Shown: positions 53,521 to 64,000 of the stretch, one piece after another
Numbering within the stretch: position 1 is the stretch's first letter
Layout of the letters: each line of letters opens with the position of its first letter
Origin: Neodothiora populina
Lineage: Eukaryota
DNA length: 64,000 nt
Direction of reading: 5' to 3'
NCBI RefSeq assembly: GCF_041146345.1
Contig: NW_027191417.1
Location: 1,798,001 to 1,862,000, forward strand
Program-made: the position numbers and the translations under genes
The notes under the pieces: generated by a model
Database searches by the model: none
The model's input: only the letters and a program-made list of their open reading frames with translations
What the model was told of the DNA's origin: nothing

Positions 53521-55272
53521 CTAGACCAAGAAGCGGAAACCCTTCTGTTCACCGCCTCCGTTGCCCGCAGCAGGTCCTCCCATGGGGACTCCCTCGACGT
53601 ACTCGCCGCGATCTAGCTTCTTGTTTAGTCTAGTAAGGGTGATCTTCAAGACAAGAGCCGCAACAATTGCGATGACGGCAGTGCTGCAGTTGACGCTGAA
53701 CGCAATAATGTAGCGAGGACCCATGGTATCCTTGTACATGTAACTAGCGTAAATACTGGTGGTGTTGCTCAAGCAGTTGATAAGAGCGAGAGATGCAGCA
53801 CGCTTGGACTTGGGGCGCATAAGTGTGTTTGAGATCCAGGCCAGGGTGACCACGAAAGACATGTAGAAAGATGCGGGCATCAACATCATGGCAACGTAGC
53901 GAGGAGCGGTAGCAGTGGTTGCGGCAGCAAGGATGAATGCGGCAACAGACACAATAAGGGGGAGGACGATGTGGTAAAATCTCTCTCCAGTCTTATCCGC
54001 GTGCCATGCGTTAAATGAGGCGGTGATGAAGGCGAGCACGTAAGGAGGTGCGGTCAGTAGAAGAGTGTGGACGTGGCTGTATCCGAGAGTTGCGACCACT
54101 GTCGGGAAGAAGTTGGTGACACTGGCGCTGGAAGTGATGCCGAGAAGGACGAAAAGAAGAATGTATGTCTTGGGGTCCTTAAGGCAGAGAACGAAGCCGT
54201 GGAAGAAGCTACCGGACTCATCTTCAGTCTCAGCAACACCGACGTCCTCTTGCAGGCGGTAAACTGCGAGCTGCCTCTCTTGCTCGCTGAGCCAGGTAGT
54301 GGTGTGGGGGAAGTCGGGAAGGATGAAGTATGCGGCGAAAGCGACAGCGACGGTGACAGCGCCCTCAATGATGAACAGCCATCTCCTGTTTCTGCTGTTA
54401 GCAAGGAGCTATTGTAGGGAGACATGCGATTCTTACCAGGCACCAAGACCCTTGACTCCGTCCATACCATCGGAGATGCCGGCTGCAATGAGACCAGAAA
54501 ATGCTCCGGAGATGAGAGATCCAGCGTACAACATTGCGGTTCTCAAAGCAAGCTCTTTTCTGGTGTACCAGCAGGAAAGGAAAAACAAGCATCCAGGCTG
54601 AATTCGGTGTTAGCAAATGTGATCGGTACAAATGAGCTCGATTGAATGGACTCACGAAGTAGGCGGCTTCGACGAAACCCAAGCAGAATCTAATAGCAAC
54701 GACTGCGCCATATGACTGAGCTGCGGCGATTGATCCAGAGATGATACCCCAAACAATCATGACGGTAGGAAGGTAGATTGCGGGCTTTCCCATGTAGCTC
54801 AACAACAAGTTCGAAGGAACTTGCATAAGAATGTAACCGACGAAGAGGATACTAACGCAGGTCTGGTTCCTGGTCAGCGGAAATGCCCACAACGACTTTT
54901 TTCTTCTTTTCCTTTTTTCCCCCTATCTTTTTGGTGATGTGGCAAACATACATTGAATTGAGTTGAAGTCATGTTGAGATCCTCCACCATGCCGACTTTG
55001 CCTGCCAATTTGGCACTGGCAATGTTGTTGCGGTCGAGGTAGTTGAGAATGTACATAATAACCAACATTGGTAGCAATCTAAGATCGATTCTGCGGACCA
55101 ACTTCTTTTCCAGGCGCTGTCGCTCCTCGGGGGCGAGATCCCTCAACAGCTCGGGGACCCTGTTGGCAGTGTTGATCGAGGCCACATCTTCGCAAAATAG
55201 AGCGCCATCTTTCTCTGCAGAAATGTTGACGTCCTTCTCCGATAGAGCAGGATTGCTGGTAGGGGCGGCCAT
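53521..55272 (-). CDS. MFS transporter, anion:cation symporter (Dal5/Tna1-like) family
   Basis: LVRRIDLRLLP..LNYLDRNNIASAK, GYILMQVPSN, RFCLGFVEAAYFPG, WRWLFIIEG and PDFP. Three introns. Confidence 0.93.
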
Positions 55273-55338
55273 TGCTGTGGAGATTTTCGCTTATTCGCCT
55301 CTGCTCGAGTAATGGGCCAATCTGTTTAGAGAGAAAAT

Positions 55339-55399
55339 CTGGAGATGCTGGTGGGGAGAAAGTGGAGTACCCCGTGGGGGGACTATCACGGTTTATATA
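55339..55399 (-). promoter_or_regulatory. TATA box and cluster of CreA/Mig1-type SYGGRG sites upstream of the MFS gene
   Basis: TATATAAA on the minus strand at 55392-55399. CTGGAG 55339, GTGGGG 55351, GTGGAG 55362 and GTGGGG 55374 on the plus strand. Confidence 0.5.
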
Positions 55400-56493
55400 G
55401 TATCAAGTGCCGTGGCCCATTGCATGGACCTCTGGTCGGAACGGCCGCAAGTGTAGACCAGATTTACCGTGCATCTAGAATAGTACCACTGTGTACTATG
55501 GGCCACTAGGGTGGGAGTCGCCCAAGCCGACGTTATTGGATAGGGTCAGACTCACCCAGGCCAAGCATTCGGCTGGTCTTGGTACTACACGTGACGGTAG
55601 AAACACTCGCCGCAAATGTTTCCCGTGAAAAAGGGTATAGCACTAAACTGCAAGAAGCACTAGCTCGTCCCAGACTGCAAGACCAAACAGGCCGAAAACG
55701 TGAGCCGTGGGGGAAAATTGCGGCCAACTACTTCCTGTACCTTCCTTGCCTTGTGCATTTTGTGATGGGAATCGAAGAAGTGGCCTGCCCAACAGTAGAT
55801 GTCGGCTTGTCAAGAATGCCTGTAAGAAAGCGAATAGCAGAAACCCATCCAAGTGCCTACGGTCCATGACGACCGCTCATGTACATAGACGAGAAGTGAT
55901 CTCGACCACCTGCAGAGACCCGCTTGTCTCTACAAGTATTGTACACAATTGAGACACCTCCATAATCGACAGTGGCCCTTGCAATAATATCAGCCTCATC
56001 CCAGACTCACTCCCAACTCCACACCCGCCAAGAATAAGGTTTTGGCATGTGTCATTTCCACTGATTACTTAGCCCATCGGACCCAGAAGGATGGTCTGTG
56101 TCTCCTCCGCATATCCCCACACTCATCTACCCCGAGAGGAAGTGAGATCCAAGGGGTGGAAGATTCGATGCATCTGCAACAGTTTCGTGATATCCCGATA
56201 CGACGCCCAATGGGCAACTGTCGACCAAGTCGACCGTCACCCTGCTGCGGCGCAGGATTCTTTTGATCACGATCACAGGGCGACAGGTCGACATTCATCC
56301 TTGAATCATGAGGGGTGATGGTGGTTAGTAGTGATTGATATAATAATGTTGAAGTTGCCAAGTAAGTGAATGGGTAAGTCCATTTCATCTCAAGTTCATT
56401 CAGAGCATATCCAAAGCACTATTTCTGGCATAAATTTATTGTGCCTTGTAAGAAAATCCATATCAGATTGTACCCTGATACCCATTGCACATC

Positions 56494-58105
56494 ATGGTTC
56501 ACCTCACAAGCAACGACTTCTCCAATGGCAATGGCCACCTGCCTCAGACCATCGAGAAGATCGGCGTCATTGGCACGGGAGTCATGGGCTCCATGTTTGC
56601 CCTTCTCCTTGCATCCAACGGAATCACAGTCTCGATCCATGATCGCTCGGAACAGAGCATGCAGAACACTGCTGCCAAGGCCAAGGAGTCCGGTCTCTCA
56701 GACAAGATCATCGTCTGCAAGGACTACGACACTCTTTGCAGCTCGCTCGGATCGCCCAAGGTCTTTATCTTCAGTCTGCCACACGGCGGTCCCGGCAACG
56801 GGGTAGTCCAGACCCTGGCGCCCCATCTCCAGGCAGGAGACATTGTTGTCGATGCATCCAACGAAGACTACCGTGTCACGCAGAAGCGGCAGTCCATGCT
56901 CGAGCCCAACGGTGTCCACTACGTTGGCATGGGCATCTCGGGGGGCTTCAACGGTGCTCGCTACGGTCCTGCCATGATGCCTGGAGGCTCGACGGCGTCC
57001 GTGTCGCTGCTTCTTCCTCTGTTGCAGAAAATTGCAGCCAGAGATCCCCAGGGCCGTCCATGTGTTGCGCACATCGGACAGGGAGGCAGTGGCCATTATG
57101 TCAAGATGATCCACAATGGCATCGAGCACGGCATCATGTCAGCGCTGGCCGAGGCGTATGAGCTGATGACTTGCGTGGGCATGGATGGAGATGCCATTGG
57201 CAGCATGTTTGATTCGTGGTGCGCAGAAGGGCCGCTGGTAAGTTTTGCAATTCACCCCAACCCACAACAGATATGACTCTCCCTACTCTTCATGGATCAG
57301 ACTGACACAACAACCACACCAGAAAAACAACTTCCTCGTAGAAATCAGCGGACCGATCTGCCGCACCAAGAACAGCAAAGGCGGATTCCTGCTATCAGAC
57401 ATCCGGGACGCAGTAGTGCAAGACGCCAACGAATCCGAGGGCACAGGAGTATGGGCCAACGAAGAAGCCATCACAGCACATGTCCCCGCGCCCTCCCTAG
57501 CCGCAGCGCACAACTTCCGCCTCGCCTCCTCGGACATGTCCCTGCGCGCCACCATAAAGCCATACATCGGCGTCCTCGAAACCGAGCAGATGTACCCGCG
57601 CGAGAAGCAAAAGGCCGCCTTCCTGGATAAATTGCATGACGCAGTCTACGCCTCCGTGCTGGCGTGTTTCGCACAGGGTCTCGACCTCATGGCGCGCGCC
57701 GACGAGCGCGAAGGCTGGAACATCGACTTTGCCTCCGTCATCAACGTCTGGCGCGCCGGCTGTATCATCCGCTCGGATTACATCACGGACATCCTCGAGC
57801 GCCACTACTCGGCTTCAACAAAGAAAGTCCACCCCCTGTGCGGCGAGGACGTGTCGCGCGATCTGCGCCGCTGCATGCCCGCGCTGAAGTCGGTCGTCAT
57901 TGCTGGACTGGAGGTCAACGCCCACCTTCCTTGTCTCGGGGCGTCGCTCGAGTATCTGAAGTACATGTCTTGCGAGACGCTGCCGACGAACTTCATGGAG
58001 GCGCAGCTGGACTGCTTTGGTGCGCATGGGTATGATCTCAAGACGGAGCCAGTCAGGAGGTTCGCCAAGGGCCCGCATCACAGTGATTGGTCTGTTTCCG
58101 CTTAA
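56494..58105 (+). CDS. 6-phosphogluconate dehydrogenase-like decarboxylating dehydrogenase (divergent paralog)
   Basis: Exons 56494-57237 and 57323-58105. GTGVMG, GMGISGG..GARYGP..MPGG, GHYVKMIHNGIE, GTG, WRAGCIIRS and FGAH give a full-length 6PGD fold. Confidence 0.93.
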
Positions 58106-59159
58106 TGACTTTTTTTGTTCTTTTTTTTTTTCTTTTATCCTTTAATTCGTTGTCAGGTCGTGCGTTGTTAGTGTGGCTGGGTGAGAGGAAGAGAAAGGGA
58201 AGAGGAGAGGGCACGCTTATGCCAAGCAGATTGTTCACGTTTTCATGATATCCATCTACTTATATATTCATATACCCGGTTTTTCTTTCAGAATTACCAA
58301 GTATTCATCAAGTCATCTCCAAATCTCTCATTTCACTTCTTCACGTGTGTTTAGGCAAGAGTGATAAAAAGTAAGGAAAAGGAGAAGAGAAGGCAAGGCG
58401 GAAGGAAGCTCAAAGCACTGACTACTAGTACCTTGGTATACAAAGGAACGTCGATGCAGTGTACAAAGGCTGCAGATGTTGCTCATTATCTGTCGCGTCT
58501 GTATCACTCTTGTACATAAGGTACCGTAGTATACTCGACGGATCCTGATCTTATCCTCAGCTTCCAAATTCAGGTACTCCATTCGACTCGACTCCAGCCC
58601 AAGACACAGCTTTAGGTCACCCAAGAAAGTGTACCCTTACAGGCACAGCCATCTGGTTCCATCTCCCCTATAGTTCGTTCTTATTTTTTGGTATGTACCT
58701 ATTATGTGGTATGTGCCATGTAAGGTACCCTCCTATGTGTGAGGAAAGGCGGCGAGGCGAACAACGTCCTCGGGATCGACCCTTATGTACTGCATGCGTG
58801 AACGAGAAAACAAACAAGCGCCTGCGCCTGGGGAAAGGGTACTGTATGTGTCCTTTATCTTCAACGACAAGAAATGAAAGATTGTGGTTCGAGGGGGGAG
58901 GGGATAAGTGCCCATGGACCCCGCTCTCCTCTTTCTGTCTCTGCGCTCCTTCCCCTTTTGTCTAGATGCATCCCCGGGATATGCTTTATGAACAAACAGA
59001 AGGAACCAGCCAGGAAATATGAGAGAGTTTTGCAGCCCCGACACCTTTCCTTGGCGAGTAATGCAAAATGCAAATGTAAGAATAAAAAAAAAAGACCGAT
59101 GCAGATAAAGAAGATTCATTCAATATGCAAAAAGATACGAAACAACAAAGGAAAAGTCA

Positions 59160-60872
59160 TCAGATCACGGACTCGATATCGCTCTCGACGTCGGCCTCGT
59201 CGGCCTTTTTCCGCCTCTCCTCGCTCATCTCGGCATATGTCGCCCAGCTGAGCAGCAAGAAGGCCGCGATGATCAGGACACCTCCCGCCACGGCGGCGCC
59301 GCTCAGCGGGCTGTTCAGCGGGGGAGGCAGCAATTGATCGACGACGGCGACGAGGAAAATCGTCAGCAGTGCAGCGACGGAGCTGAGTACGGGACTGGTC
59401 AGGGAGATCAAGACGAGAAAGGAGCCCGAGAAGGTGGCGTTTGCGAGGACGGAAATAAACAGCATCCAGGCTGCTTCGCCGCGGGGCAGGGCAAAGGGCT
59501 CGATGCCCGTGTAGTGCAGGATCGGAATGGGGATCCAGAGCACGCAGAGGGTGAAGACGCCGATCATGCTGCCGAAGGTGTTTGCGAAGATCATGCCTCG
59601 GCCCGGACTGCAGCCTTCGGGGGGACAGGCGACTTTCTTGTAGAGAACCTCGTAAAAGCCGTAGAGCACGCTGCCGACGCCGATGACAATGTTGCCCAGG
59701 GCGCGGTTGCTGGCTTCGTCCTTGTCCGGGGCGTCGGGTCCGCCTGCGCCTCCGCCGCTCTTGCTGCCGTGTTTGCTCGGGCTGCTGTCTCCGTAGGCGA
59801 CGACGAGGACGCCGACGATGGCGACGCCGACGGCGAAGATCTTGCTCCACTTTAGCTTCTCGTGCAGCATGGGGATGGCGAAGGCGTAGGCGAAAAAGGC
59901 CGAGCAGTTGTAGATGGCGGTCAAGTCGCTGGCGGTGGTCAGATCGACGGCGACATACCAGCTGCCTCCGGCCACGGTCAGGGCGCATGTGACAAAGGCG
60001 GTGGTGCGAACAAAATAAGGCACGGGCGACTTCTTGTGCAGATGAGGCGGGATGTGCAGAGTCTGGTGCTCGACCATCTGGGCGGTCTGGCGCAAGAGCT
60101 GCTTGTGTCGGCGCCAGAATGCGTCCCACGGCATGCTCCATTTCTGCAGGCGGATGATGAGCAGCTGGGTGGGATAGAGCAGTGACCACGAGCCGTGGGT
60201 CAGGTAGAGCATGCAGTATGCCTTGTTCCACTTGAGATTGTGCTGGATATAGACGGCGGTCTCGGTCTGGATGGTGAAGGAAATCAGACTCATGATCAGG
60301 AAACAGGCAGCGTAGATGTATTTCTTCCTCGTGGCAGCGCGGGCCTCGACCTCGGGGTCTCGTTCTCTGAAGGTCGAGCGACGGGTGCGCAGGACGGGGC
60401 CATCTGGAGAGGAGTAGTCCTGGTATTTGTCTCGGTCTGCGGCCAATAAAGGCTGGGAATGGGAATGTGGATTGGGATGCGCCTTTTGCCTGTCAACGGC
60501 GGGTCTCAGATCTGAAGGCATTTCTCTTGTGCCTCTGCCTCTGCCTCTGCCTCTGTGGTCCTGCGAGTCCTGCGAGTCCTGCGAGTCCTGCGAGTCTCGG
60601 TCGCTCTCTCTTTCTTGTTCTTCTCCTTCGGCCCAATGGTCCGGGTGTGGCAGGTCTACAAAGGGACTCGAGTTCCTCGAAGGCGGCTGTCCATTCGACG
60701 ACTGCGACAGGTGCACGAGGCTACTGGACGCCGACTCGACGTCTTGATTAGAGTAAGGGCGCAGGGAGGAGGCCAACAAGGGGGAGGAGCGTGGTGGCTG
60801 AGATGGCGGCGGTGGTAACAATGAGGGAGAAGGACCAGGAGCAGGTGGCGGCGGAGGAGTGACTCTAGGCAT
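59160..60872 (-). CDS. EamA/DMT superfamily (SLC35F-like) transporter
   Basis: 570 aa intronless ORF with about ten hydrophobic segments, SDLTAIYNCSAFFAY and LISLTSPVLSSVA. The N-terminus is low-complexity, so the true start may be downstream. Confidence 0.9.
   Translation of the reverse strand: MPRVTPPPPPAPGPSPSLLPPPPSQPPRSSPLLASSLRPYSNQDVESASSSLVHLSQSSNGQPPSRNSSPFVDLPHPDHWAEGEEQERESDRDSQDSQDSQDSQDHRGRGRGRGTREMPSDLRPAVDRQKAHPNPHSHSQPLLAADRDKYQDYSSPDGPVLRTRRSTFRERDPEVEARAATRKKYIYAACFLIMSLISFTIQTETAVYIQHNLKWNKAYCMLYLTHGSWSLLYPTQLLIIRLQKWSMPWDAFWRRHKQLLRQTAQMVEHQTLHIPPHLHKKSPVPYFVRTTAFVTCALTVAGGSWYVAVDLTTASDLTAIYNCSAFFAYAFAIPMLHEKLKWSKIFAVGVAIVGVLVVAYGDSSPSKHGSKSGGGAGGPDAPDKDEASNRALGNIVIGVGSVLYGFYEVLYKKVACPPEGCSPGRGMIFANTFGSMIGVFTLCVLWIPIPILHYTGIEPFALPRGEAAWMLFISVLANATFSGSFLVLISLTSPVLSSVAALLTIFLVAVVDQLLPPPLNSPLSGAAVAGGVLIIAAFLLLSWATYAEMSEERRKKADEADVESDIESVI
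60531..60596. repeat. Coding tandem repeats (GCCTCT)x4 and (GTCCTGCGA)x4, encoding RG and DSQ repeats
   Basis: Seen directly in the N-terminal region of the EamA ORF. Confidence 0.9.
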
Positions 60873-62521
60873 ACAAGCGGTCTAGCGGTGGTAGGGTACT
60901 TGTGCCTAAGATATGATAAGGGCAACCCTAGTGTGTGTATGCGAGAAAAGATAGTGTGTATCTCAGATACAGTGATAGAGGGAGAGGGGGGGGGAGCCGC
61001 CAGTGAGACACCTATTCTCCGTTCATCTCCACCCTGTCTATTTATTATCTATAGTATACTGCCCACGCGCACACTTGTTCGACTGACCAGCTCTCTGAAT
61101 GGCCGGATATGAAATGCTGTAGAGCCAGATGATAAGATAAAAAGAAACAGATAAGATGCGAATGACCCTTTTCCTCAATGTTGTTGAATCGTGTGCATGT
61201 GTACTTCAGCTCGTAATTGGCTGCTGACGTCGGCCCTAAAGTGCCACGCAGCCACATTTCACGCGTCGCAAAGGGGGCAAAGAAAGACAACTGTTCGATT
61301 ATTGTTAGCCCTTCGCTTTTGACGAGACGGACAAGACCAGAACCAATGTCACGACACACGTGTCTGGCGAATGCGTATATTTCTTGTCTTGTGACGCCAC
61401 CATCGTCCGCTTTATGTCTCTTTGCCTTCACGGAGGGCAACCCTGTCCGTTCGACTGGACAGCACGCGAGTCACTACCATAAGGTACCTTGTGTTGGGCA
61501 TCCATGCTCGGAGATTGAAACGTCCTCTCTCTTTCACGTCTTGTTGTTTACAGATACCCATTCGAGGTCAAAGAGACTATATAGTATATAACAAACGATA
61601 CTCGGAGCCTGCAACTTTAGTCGTGGAGTCCCAGAAAGAACGTTGAGAGACGCTGCAAAACAAGGTGACAAGAACCCCTCTCACCAGCGTGGTTTCAGCC
61701 GCCGAATCACCTGCGATATATCCGTGTCTTGAAGAACAGCGAGTGCGAGCATGGCGGTCGGGACCGAAACAGACTCGAATATACAATCAAAGCAACCAAA
61801 TCACAGACGAGTTGAAACGAGCAAGATTCACCGTGTCCAGCGAGTCATTCCTCTCTGCCAAGCCATGCTGGGGACACAGTTGTCGCGTACTGCAATCCAC
61901 ATCTTGCCTGTCATCAGAAGGTGACCGCTGATGCCATCCTGTGTGTTTGTCTTTACCTTCCAGTCTAACTCTGCTGCCTGGACAGTCTAGTCAACCAGAA
62001 TAAAGTACATGATTGCTGCCTGCTGCCAAAAAAAAGTGGTCATGGTCCAACCATTTAGCATCCACAAGGGTCGCGCCGGCATCGAAGCTTCCGACGCACG
62101 GGTGTGTGGGGGGGCGCAGCAGCCTTCGGTGGAATGGCCTGTTTCTTATCGGGATGATTCTTTGATTCTTTGTTCAGGGTATGTTCAGGGTATGGCAGAG
62201 AAAAACAAGGGTCGAGGAGTCATCGTTTTATCTGAATTGCACCAATCTAACCCCTAGACCCTTGTCGGCGGCGTGTCACAGTGCAGATGGGCAGATGCAG
62301 ATGGGAAATGGTCTGACTTCAGCATGATCGACGGAGCGACGTTAGGCGGCGCCGGCTCTCTTGTTCTTTGGTGTTTCGCAACTCCCATCTCGTACCTGAT
62401 TCTATTCTGTTCTTCCTTTAGTTTCTTCTACTCTTGATATACAATCCGCATGCTGTCGCCTTTTCCACAATATCAGGACATGAGACACTGACAAAATCCA
62501 CTGATCCAACAAACAATCAAA

Positions 62522-63719
62522 ATGGACCAGCAGCAGCAGCAGCAGCAGGCCGCCAACGCGCTGCAGCATGACTGGCCAAACCTCGAGGACCTTGGTATAG
62601 CCGCCGCGCCTGGCGTCTCCATGGACGGTCTGGACAACAACCCCAACGATTGGGAAGAATGGCTGCGATGGGATCCCACAACCGAACCTTTCTCTCCCGA
62701 CAGTTCGACAAAGACGTCAAATAATTCCCCCATGCAGGACCTGGGCTTCAATCCGGATCAATTCCCTTCCCTGCCCGGAGATGAGACGCTGGCGCCACCC
62801 TTGATCGTCGGCGATGACTCGACAATGTTTGATTTCTCTTTCGACCAACCCAACTTCAACTTTGACGACCTCAAGCCCACCAACACTGCTCAATTCGCCC
62901 TTGTCGCGCCAGACACGCAATTCGCACAACCGCCGGCAGATCCCGAGACCAACCTCCAGCCCATTCTGGACCATCTCCAGGCCAATGATGATCAGCCCTT
63001 GTTCCCTGCACCCTCCCTACCCTCTGAGCCGGTCCAGACCTCGCCCTTCTCACTTCCGAGCAATGACTTCTCCACCAATTATGCCGCGACCGTACCATCG
63101 ACGACCGGCAAGAGCAGCCCGGCGTCGTCCACTGCCCAACCACGCACCAGCGTCTCGTCCATGTCGCCTGCGCCCGAGCAGCCTCCTGCTCGCAAGAAGA
63201 GCGGACGCAAGAGAAAGTCGTCGAGTGACGACGAGAGCAAGCACCTCCCCGACGTCTCGCCCGAAGACGGTCCGCCCGTCAAGAAGACATCGCACAACGT
63301 CATCGAGAAGCGATACCGCAACAACCTCAACGACAAGATCCAAGAGCTGCGCGACAGTGTGCCCAGCCTGAGAGCCATGTCGAGGCCGAGCGGCACCGAC
63401 GAGTCCGAGGATCTCGAGGGTCTGACCCCGGCCCACAAGCTCAACAAGGCCACCGTGCTGGCAAAGGCCACCGAATACATCAAACATCTCGAGAAGCGCA
63501 ACAAAAACGTCACAAACGAGATGGAGGCGCTAAAGGCACGTCTTCTGACGCTGGAGAAGAACATCGCCAAGACGAGCGCCGTGCAGAATCTCCAGACTGC
63601 TGCCGGGCACGGCCTGTTCACACCATCCATGACCAGGTCCAGACAACCCTCGACCGCGCACATGGCTGCTGCCGGAAGACGAGCACAAGCCGAACAGTAC
63701 GCGCAACAGCAGCTACAGC

Positions 63720-63753
<34 letters not shown>

Positions 63754-64000
63754 GCCGCATCAACCGAAACAGCAACAAGAGCAGCAGCAGCAGCAGCAGC
63801 AGTCGCAGCAACAACAACAACAACAACAACAGACCTCACCTACTTTCGAGGCTCAAGCCGACACTGTCCAAGCCGGCCAACAGCGCATGGTCAACGGTCA
63901 AGGCGGCAACGGCTTCATGGGCAAGCTCATGGTCGGCTCTCTCGCTGGTGTGATGGTCATGGAGGGATTCCACGAGCAGGAGCAAAACAGTCAAGGGACA
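62522..64000 (+). CDS. srbA: SREBP-type bHLH transcription factor (SrbA/Sre1), truncated by the window end
   Basis: Open frame from ATG 62522 to the window end, so it is absent from the ORF track. KKTSHNVIEKRYRNNLNDKIQELRDSVPSL has the SREBP-diagnostic Tyr, followed by KLNKATVLAKATEYIKHLE, poly-Gln tracts and the GKLMVGSLAGVM membrane segment. Confidence 0.93.
63716..63830 (+). repeat. (CAA)n/(CAG)n poly-glutamine microsatellites within the SREBP gene
   Basis: Three tandem CAA/CAG runs seen directly. Confidence 0.9.

Overview
Gene-dense, intron-containing chromosome segment of a filamentous ascomycete (Pezizomycotina-type GT..AG introns with CTRAC/CTAAY branch sites). I can support 22 protein-coding genes and one intron-containing tRNA-Arg(ACG). 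Housekeeping genes: complex I 51 kDa subunit, centrin, Efm7/Nnt1, Bzz1, Dbp5, GDP-mannose pyrophosphorylase, Mnn9 and an SREBP cut off at the window end. Accessory genes: GH43 endo-arabinanase, an HSL-type esterase, BTB and F-box-like proteins, a hybrid histidine kinase, a PTH11-like membrane protein and an EamA transporter. No transposon, CRISPR array or rRNA is recognisable. Best leads: (1) a three-gene module at 50.4-58.1 kb (Gal4-like Zn2Cys6 factor, anion-type MFS permease and a 6-phosphogluconate-dehydrogenase paralog with substituted phosphate-binding residues and an NAD-type cofactor motif), suggesting an uncharacterised non-phosphorylative sugar-acid pathway; (2) a TGA-CTAG readthrough context followed by 108 open in-frame codons on a conserved hypothetical gene; (3) strongly base-paired long introns in the GDP-mannose pyrophosphorylase and Efm7 genes; (4) a GT8 protein with degenerate catalytic motifs. 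Exon boundaries were inferred by eye and family assignments come from motif recognition, not database searches.
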